NCBI GenBank assembly: GCA_013334825.1
Contig: JAAXWR010000001.1
Span: 75,769-139,768 of the forward strand
Length of the DNA: 64,000 bases
Source of the DNA: Candidatus Yonathbacteria bacterium
Lineage (GTDB): Bacteria; Patescibacteriota; Minisyncoccia; Phycocordibacterales; JACNGX01
Direction: 5' to 3'
The translations under genes and the position numbers were made by a program. A model generated the notes under the pieces. It was given only the letters and a program-made list of their open reading frames with translations, was not told the DNA's origin and did no database searches. Every line of letters starts with the position of its first letter. Within the stretch, counting starts at the first letter, position 1. Below, in pieces: positions 58,687-64,000 of this stretch.

Positions 58687-61314
58687 ATGATACAGCATTC
58701 TTTTCTTAGGCATCTCATTGGAATAATGACGATGATGTCCGTTGTGTTTCCAAGCACTTTTGTTTTTGCTCAGGAAATTGAAACATTTAATCTCAACGAC
58801 ATGAGTGATTTGACGATCGTTGCTACTGTCGGAGTATATAATGCACACGTCATAAGTCAAAATGACCAGTATGTGTCAGTTGCATTTGACATCGCAAATG
58901 GAGATATGGTGCAACCAGATATTCGTTATGGAGTCGAAGTGGTGAAAAAAACGACAAATGGAAGTTCGGTTATTGTCGATACTGTTGTATATGACGAAAT
59001 TGTTTCTTTGGGTGCTGGTGAGAAAGTGTCACGACAGGTGTCGTATGCGATACCTGCATATTTAAATGGTATTTATGATGTACGTATTTTGACAGAAACA
59101 GGAAAGGGACTTTCTCTTGGTGAGATGACAGCTGGGACAGTACGTTTTAGTGGTTCTTCATCTATCTCCCTTGATGTGGCTACATGTTATCTTTCTGTAG
59201 GTTCGGAAGAAGCAAGATACACACTTCGACAAGGAATAGACATACTTCCCTCTGAGATTCTTTCGGTAACATGTCAGGTGACGAATACTTCATCTGAAAA
59301 AAGTGTCGTCCCTTTATTTGAAACCTATGAAAGAAGTGTATTTGGGAATATGATTTCAAGTTCCTCTGGGGAAAGTTTTAGTATTCCAGCGGGTATTTCA
59401 AAAGTTTCTTTCCCTCTGCCTGTTTCAGATAAGCCTCAAGCATATGATGTACGTGTTTCTTTGACAGAAAACGGTAGTCCTGTCACAACACCTACTATTG
59501 TGCATTATGTCATTCAAGGAGATTCTGCAACTATTCAAAATATTCGTTTAGATAAGAAAATGTATTCTGCAGGAGAAGTTGCTACTGTTTCTTTCTTTAT
59601 CTCTGGTATGGCGGATCAATTTCCAGATTCACGTGCGGAAGAAAAATCTCTTGAACAGACGTCTCTTGTAGTGTCAATGTATGACAAAGATGGTGTTTCC
59701 TGTGGAGATCCCGTGACAGTCTCTTCTCAGGATTTGGATTTGTCTGGTGTGTCCATATCATCAGTGTCAGTACCCGTGTCCGTTACGTGTGCAGATCCAT
59801 CGGTCTCAGTGACATTAAAAGATGCATCAGGGAATACTCTTGATTCATCAATAGTCTCTACATTTATGCAAAGTCCTGAGTTTACTGCATGGATTTCACT
59901 GATTGTTGTAATAATTGCAGCGATTATCATTCTTATCCTTGTTCGTCGTGTAGGAACAAAGTCATCTCTCACCACTGTTCTTCTGCTAGGTATAATTTTT
60001 TCACCGATGCTCATTTTTGCAGGCGGAGCTGGAGATGGGGGAATAAATAGTGTGAATACTTTGAAGACAGACCCTGTAAGTACGGAAAAGGATACTACTA
60101 CTTCAACCCAAGAGACACCTCTTGTTACGAGTTTTACTGCGACAAAGAAATTTGAAACCGTCACTATTACGGTTAATGCAAATCTTAATAAACAAGAGTA
60201 TGCTCCTTATGAACCAGTTTATATTGAAGGAAAGGCGACACTGTCTCTCTGTAAAAATGACTGGCTAAATTCGGATCTTTTTTGGGCGATTGAAAGTGTC
60301 CCTGACACAACATTTCATTCGGTAAATTGTCGTTCACAAATGGATACAGATCTTTGCTCAAGTGTATCTAATCTCTTGGAAATGTCAGATGAGGATTATG
60401 AAAGAACGATTTTAGGGTATCATAAAAGTACATTTCGCGAAGATATCCGAGAAGCGATTCTTAAAATTGCTCGCATCTCGATTTCATTGAGAAATCCAGT
60501 TGCTCCTGATAAATCAAAGATAGGATCTCTTTTGTCAAAAGCAGAGTGTAGTGCTTTCTCTTATGGAGAGAGATGTAAGACTTCGACGTTGACCACATCA
60601 AAACCTGCACCAGAAGAACCAGGTATTCATCAAGCCAATGTTCATTTTTCTGGAAAAACGGGAGAGTCATTTAGAGAACTTGATCGTGGAGATGTGAAAA
60701 AAGTTTTTGAGGCAGATGGTATTTTGACATTCAGAGTAAAGGGTGGAACTACACCATCAGTTGATCTTTCGGCAATTCCTTCTGTGCTTCCCAGTGGAAG
60801 TGTTACGGATTTGAGATGGACTGTTTCTAATGCGACATCATGTACCGCAACTGCAAATCCTTCTTCGACAACATGGGAGGGTCTAAAGAGCGCTACAGGA
60901 GGTGCAGAAACATCCGTGGGTCTATATGCGGATACGATATTTACGATTACATGTACAAATGACGATTTTGTGAGCGCAACAGATAGTGTAACGGTATTTG
61001 TCACTGATTTACCAGCATGTTCTGATGGAAGAGATAATGATGGAGATGGTTGGGTTGATAATGAAGATCCTGAGTGTGTAGGAGGAGGTACTTCAGAATC
61101 AGGCATACCCGTAAGTGTTATATGTGCTGATGGAATTGATAATGATACGGATGGACAAATTGATGGAAATGATCCAGGATGTGTAGATTCATTGGATGTG
61201 GATGAATATAATGAACCAATATCTTCTGAAACAACTTCTGGAGGACAGGGAAGTGGAAGCACCTCTTCCGATGGAGATACTGATCCAGGAGATATAGATT
61301 TTAAAGAATTCTAA
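58687..61314 (+). CDS. giant surface protein (875 aa), paralog of the upstream gene over the N-domain and TM hairpin, C-terminal DxDxDG Ca-binding repeats
   Basis: Shared blocks (DVRILTETGKGLSLGEMTAGTVRF vs DVRVYAETVRGLPLSGRTVGTVRF; ETYERSVFGNM vs ETYERTVFGNL; VHYVIQGDSATIQNIRLDKK vs AHYVLQGDSATVQNIRLDKR); CSDGRDNDGDGWVDNEDPECV, CADGIDNDTDGQIDGNDPGCV. Confidence 0.65.
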   Translation: MIQHSFLRHLIGIMTMMSVVFPSTFVFAQEIETFNLNDMSDLTIVATVGVYNAHVISQNDQYVSVAFDIANGDMVQPDIRYGVEVVKKTTNGSSVIVDTVVYDEIVSLGAGEKVSRQVSYAIPAYLNGIYDVRILTETGKGLSLGEMTAGTVRFSGSSSISLDVATCYLSVGSEEARYTLRQGIDILPSEILSVTCQVTNTSSEKSVVPLFETYERSVFGNMISSSSGESFSIPAGISKVSFPLPVSDKPQAYDVRVSLTENGSPVTTPTIVHYVIQGDSATIQNIRLDKKMYSAGEVATVSFFISGMADQFPDSRAEEKSLEQTSLVVSMYDKDGVSCGDPVTVSSQDLDLSGVSISSVSVPVSVTCADPSVSVTLKDASGNTLDSSIVSTFMQSPEFTAWISLIVVIIAAIIILILVRRVGTKSSLTTVLLLGIIFSPMLIFAGGAGDGGINSVNTLKTDPVSTEKDTTTSTQETPLVTSFTATKKFETVTITVNANLNKQEYAPYEPVYIEGKATLSLCKNDWLNSDLFWAIESVPDTTFHSVNCRSQMDTDLCSSVSNLLEMSDEDYERTILGYHKSTFREDIREAILKIARISISLRNPVAPDKSKIGSLLSKAECSAFSYGERCKTSTLTTSKPAPEEPGIHQANVHFSGKTGESFRELDRGDVKKVFEADGILTFRVKGGTTPSVDLSAIPSVLPSGSVTDLRWTVSNATSCTATANPSSTTWEGLKSATGGAETSVGLYADTIFTITCTNDDFVSATDSVTVFVTDLPACSDGRDNDGDGWVDNEDPECVGGGTSESGIPVSVICADGIDNDTDGQIDGNDPGCVDSLDVDEYNEPISSETTSGGQGSGSTSSDGDTDPGDIDFKEF

Positions 61315-61431
61315 GTTTTTTCTAGGTGTTGTGAAAGGAAGTTTATACAATACACACCCCAGTCAGGGTGTGTATTGTATAGATAGAGATGGTTGCATAA
61401 TGAGAGCGTTTCTGGTACAATCTTCGGGTAT

Positions 61432-62184
61432 ATGAATAAATCATCCATCACTGATATGTTTTCCGCAGGTGCTCATTTTGGTTATGCAAAAGCGCGCCGG
61501 CACCCGTCCATGAAGACGTTTATCTTCGGGGCGAAAAATAAGACAGAAGTTTTCGATCTTGAAAAGACCGAAAAGAAGCTTGTCGACGCATTGTCCTATG
61601 TAGCGACTCTCGCCGAAGGAGGTCGTAAGATTCTCTTTGTGGGAGGTAAACCAGAGGCAAGAAAATCGGTTACCGATGCTGCTATGGCACTCGGTATGCA
61701 CTTTGTTGCTTCACGCTGGATTGGTGGCACACTTACCAACTGGTCTGAAGTTAAGAAACGTGTCGCACGTCTTGAGGATCTTACTGATAAACGTGAAAAA
61801 GGTGAACTTGCTGTATATACCAAAAAAGAACGCCTCATGTTTGATCGTGAAATTGAAGACCTTGAAAAATCATTCGGTGGTCTTCGTGGTATGAAGGAAA
61901 TGCCCGCAGCACTCTTTGTTGTAGATCCACGCGCAGAATCAATCGCTGTTTCTGAAGCGAGTAAGAAAAAGATTCCCGTTATCGCCCTTGCGTCGTCTGA
62001 TTGTAATGCAACAGAAGTTGCATATGTGATTCCGGCAAATGATTCATCGTCAAAAAGCATTGCTCTCTTTACGGGTGAAATTGTAACAGCATACAAAGAG
62101 GCGCAAGCAAAAGCTCCTGCTAAAAATGACGAAGTAAAGAAAGAAGAAGACTCTAAAGAAGAAGTGGTAGAATCATCTATTTAA
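61432..62184 (+). CDS. rpsB: 30S ribosomal protein S2
   Basis: ITDMFSAGAHFGYAKARRHPSMK...; start set at MNKSS (TACAAT 10 nt upstream). Confidence 0.9.
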   Translation: MNKSSITDMFSAGAHFGYAKARRHPSMKTFIFGAKNKTEVFDLEKTEKKLVDALSYVATLAEGGRKILFVGGKPEARKSVTDAAMALGMHFVASRWIGGTLTNWSEVKKRVARLEDLTDKREKGELAVYTKKERLMFDREIEDLEKSFGGLRGMKEMPAALFVVDPRAESIAVSEASKKKIPVIALASSDCNATEVAYVIPANDSSSKSIALFTGEIVTAYKEAQAKAPAKNDEVKKEEDSKEEVVESSI

Positions 62185-62261
62185 GCATAGAGACAACATT
62201 GTTTCTGCATCACACGTTTGTTTTTAAGAAGGGAGTGTTGCTATATAAATATTTTTTATAC

Positions 62262-62314
62262 TAACCTCCTCATTTACTAACCTCCTAACTTCCTAATTTC
62301 CTAACCTCCTATTT
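62262..62314 (+). repeat. five tandem TAAYYTCC units (TAACCTCC/TAACTTCC/TAATTTCC) ending 5 nt before the tsf ATG; related copies upstream of mscL (44475-44490) and inverted at 8781-8815
   Basis: Direct reading. Confidence 0.7.
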
Positions 62315-62902
62315 ATGATTTCCACCGACGACATTAAAGCGCTCCGTGAACGTACAGGTGTATCTGTTATGCAATGCAAGAAGGCACTTGAAGAAGCGGG
62401 AGGCGATGCAGAAAAGGCACTCGTCTTGCTTCATAAATTGAGTTCCGCAGCCGCTGCAAAGAAAGCAGACCGTACTCTTGGTGCAGGTGTTGTCTCTGCA
62501 TACCGACACAATTCTGGTACGGTTGGTGCAATGGTTGAGCTTTTGTGTGAAACTGATTTTGTCGCAAAAAATGAAGACTTTCAGACGCTCGCACATGATA
62601 TTGCTATGCATATTGCTGCGACTGACCCAGCATTTCTTTCTATGGATGACGTAACAGAAGAAGAACGTACTAAAGCGTATGAAGCGTTTAAAAAGGAGGT
62701 TGATGAATCAGATAAACCAGAAGATATTAAAACAAAGATGCTTGAAGGAAAAATCAATGGATATCTGAAAGAACGTGTTCTTCTCGAGCAGCCGTTTATT
62801 AAGGACCCATCTGTTACCATTGGTGGACTTGTGGAACAAGCTGTGCAGAAGTTTGGTGAAAAGACGGAGATTGGACGTTTTGCCCGATTTTCTGTCGCGT
62901 AG
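62315..62902 (+). CDS. tsf: elongation factor Ts (short form)
   Basis: ISTDDIKALRERTGVSVMQCKKALEEAGGDAEKA...TDFVAKNEDFQ. Confidence 0.88.
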   Translation: MISTDDIKALRERTGVSVMQCKKALEEAGGDAEKALVLLHKLSSAAAAKKADRTLGAGVVSAYRHNSGTVGAMVELLCETDFVAKNEDFQTLAHDIAMHIAATDPAFLSMDDVTEEERTKAYEAFKKEVDESDKPEDIKTKMLEGKINGYLKERVLLEQPFIKDPSVTIGGLVEQAVQKFGEKTEIGRFARFSVA

Positions 62903-62917
62903 TATCTGTTACTGTAC

Positions 62918-63415
62918 ATGTTTTGTACACAAGAACAATGTTTTATGGATATCGCTCTCTTTGTCATGATAAGTTCCGCGTTTGGCATGTTTGCCATGCT
63001 TTCGTTTCGCGCATGGGAAATTTCACACGGTGTGGTGGTTCACAAGTATCCGCAGGCGATCTTGCATGTTTCTGACAGCATGAAAGTGTATACACTCCGT
63101 ATTCGGGACATGCTTCTCGATATATGGTTTGAGCGTCTTGCGCCACCACTTGCGCGTGTATGGATATATACCGTACGAACATGCAAATGGAGCGTGATAA
63201 AAAAGTTTCTTGTGGATATGTATCATTCCGTACGTGGAAGTCACGCACATCATGTGAATAAAGATGGAGAGACTTCAGCTTCGGATTTTTTGAACTCCAT
63301 GACCGAACATAAAAAGAAAAAAACGGGAATAAAACTGTCTACACCTGTACATAAAAAAAGGGAATTACATGCTGAAGAGATATCTTTAGAACAAGAGGTG
63401 AAAGAGGAGAGTTAA
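62918..63415 (+). CDS. hypothetical membrane protein (165 aa)
   Basis: N-terminal TM; no motif. Confidence 0.4.
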   Translation: MFCTQEQCFMDIALFVMISSAFGMFAMLSFRAWEISHGVVVHKYPQAILHVSDSMKVYTLRIRDMLLDIWFERLAPPLARVWIYTVRTCKWSVIKKFLVDMYHSVRGSHAHHVNKDGETSASDFLNSMTEHKKKKTGIKLSTPVHKKRELHAEEISLEQEVKEES

Positions 63416-63421
63416 CCATAT

Positions 63422-63497
63422 GCCGATGTAGCTCAGTTGGTAGAGCAACGGTTTTGTAAACCGTCGGTCGTCGGTTCGAATCCGACCATCGGCTCCA
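63422..63497 (+). tRNA. tRNA-Thr (anticodon UGU), CCA encoded
   Basis: GCCGATG-TA-GCTCAGTTGGTAGAGC-A-ACGGT-TTTGTAA-ACCGT-CGGTC-GTCGGTTCGAATCCGAC-CATCGGC-T-CCA. Confidence 0.88.
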
Positions 63498-63542
63498 TAA
63501 AAACAGCGCGCTTAGGCTTAAGCGCGCTGTTTTTATGGAGCC
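63498..63542 (+). terminator. Rho-independent terminator whose extended stem includes the tRNA-Thr 3' end (GGCTCCATAAAAACAGCGCGC...GCGCGCTGTTTTTATGGAGCC)
   Basis: Perfect hairpin; outer arms are the tRNA acceptor 3' strand and its inverted copy. Confidence 0.8.
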
Positions 63543-63546
63543 GTTA

Positions 63547-63999
63547 TTATTTCTTTGCTGATGTTTTTGTAGATACTCCTGCTTCGGTTGTCGATTCTTC
63601 AGATGGTTTTTTCAATGATTCAGGAAGAAGTGATTCCAGTGTTTCTTTTTCTTGAAATCCATACAGTGTCTTTTTGCCAATGACAACTGAGGGGAGGAGG
63701 TTTTCCGTTACATTATACATTGATGTAAATGTACTGACGGCAGAGAGTCCAATGTGATAATCAAACGCATATACACGAACTCCAGGATAATTTTCTCTCA
63801 GGTAGGTAAGTACGTAGCCCTCTTTCTCACAATCAGGACAATCACCCTCGTTTGAATAGAAATAGAGAATGGAGACAGGTTCATCACCGCACTCTTTTCC
63901 TATTTTCTTCATGAGAAGATAATCTTTGATTTGCATGAGGGAATAGTATTCCTTGAGACGCTCTACTTCCGTGTCATCCTTACCTCGTTGTTGTTCCAT
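63547..63999 (-). CDS. thioredoxin-like-fold protein (CPDC motif); may extend beyond window edge
   Basis: GDCPDCEKEGYVLTY. Confidence 0.4.
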   Translation of the reverse strand: MEQQRGKDDTEVERLKEYYSLMQIKDYLLMKKIGKECGDEPVSILYFYSNEGDCPDCEKEGYVLTYLRENYPGVRVYAFDYHIGLSAVSTFTSMYNVTENLLPSVVIGKKTLYGFQEKETLESLLPESLKKPSEESTTEAGVSTKTSAKK

Positions 64000-64000
64000 G

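Overview
The window looks like a small-genome Candidate Phyla Radiation (Patescibacteria-like) bacterium, genetic code 11 (TGA, TAA and TAG all end full-length conserved genes). It opens inside a 16S rRNA gene that is followed by terminators rather than a 23S gene. The 16S 3' tail appears to lack the CCUCC anti-Shine-Dalgarno. Most genes have a TANAAT -10 box 6-10 nt upstream of the ATG, which suggests leaderless translation.

Housekeeping genes present: murD, murC, rsmI, recG, clpB, mscL, fba, a PfkB-family kinase, rplY, rpmE, prfA, rpsB, tsf, and six tRNAs (Ile-GAU, Ile-UAU, Ser-GCU, Tyr-GUA, Trp-CCA, Thr-UGU).

Accessory content:
- An AT-rich five-gene defence operon between recG and tRNA-Ser: an XRE-family controller, a RadC(JAB)-Dam methyltransferase fusion, a ~600-aa putative restriction endonuclease, a beta-class DPPY methyltransferase, and a 733-aa SMC-like ABC ATPase with a coiled-coil CxxC hook (RloC/PrrC-like anticodon-nuclease candidate).
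- A cluster of DUF87/TraG-VirD4-like ATPase, lamin-tail-domain/PKD surface protein, metzincin-like protease and a membrane protein.
- RhuM and Doc/Fic domains separated only by an in-frame TAG stop.
- A cytochrome-b5 protein overlapping a ferric-reductase-like flavocytochrome.
- Two paralogous giant surface proteins with a mid-protein TM hairpin and CBM6/35-like and malectin-like domains.
- Small GIY-YIG, HNH and CHC2-zinc-finger genes next to tRNA-Trp.

The non-coding DNA is unusual:
- Every tRNA locus carries partial tRNA copies (half-tRNA fragments, or inverted copies of the tRNA 3' end placed across terminator hairpins).
- A ~190-nt multi-hairpin repeat family built around CCACGTGG-type palindromes recurs at several loci.
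- There is a (TAAC)8 all-frame-stop microsatellite.

All calls rest on motif recognition by eye; no database search was run.
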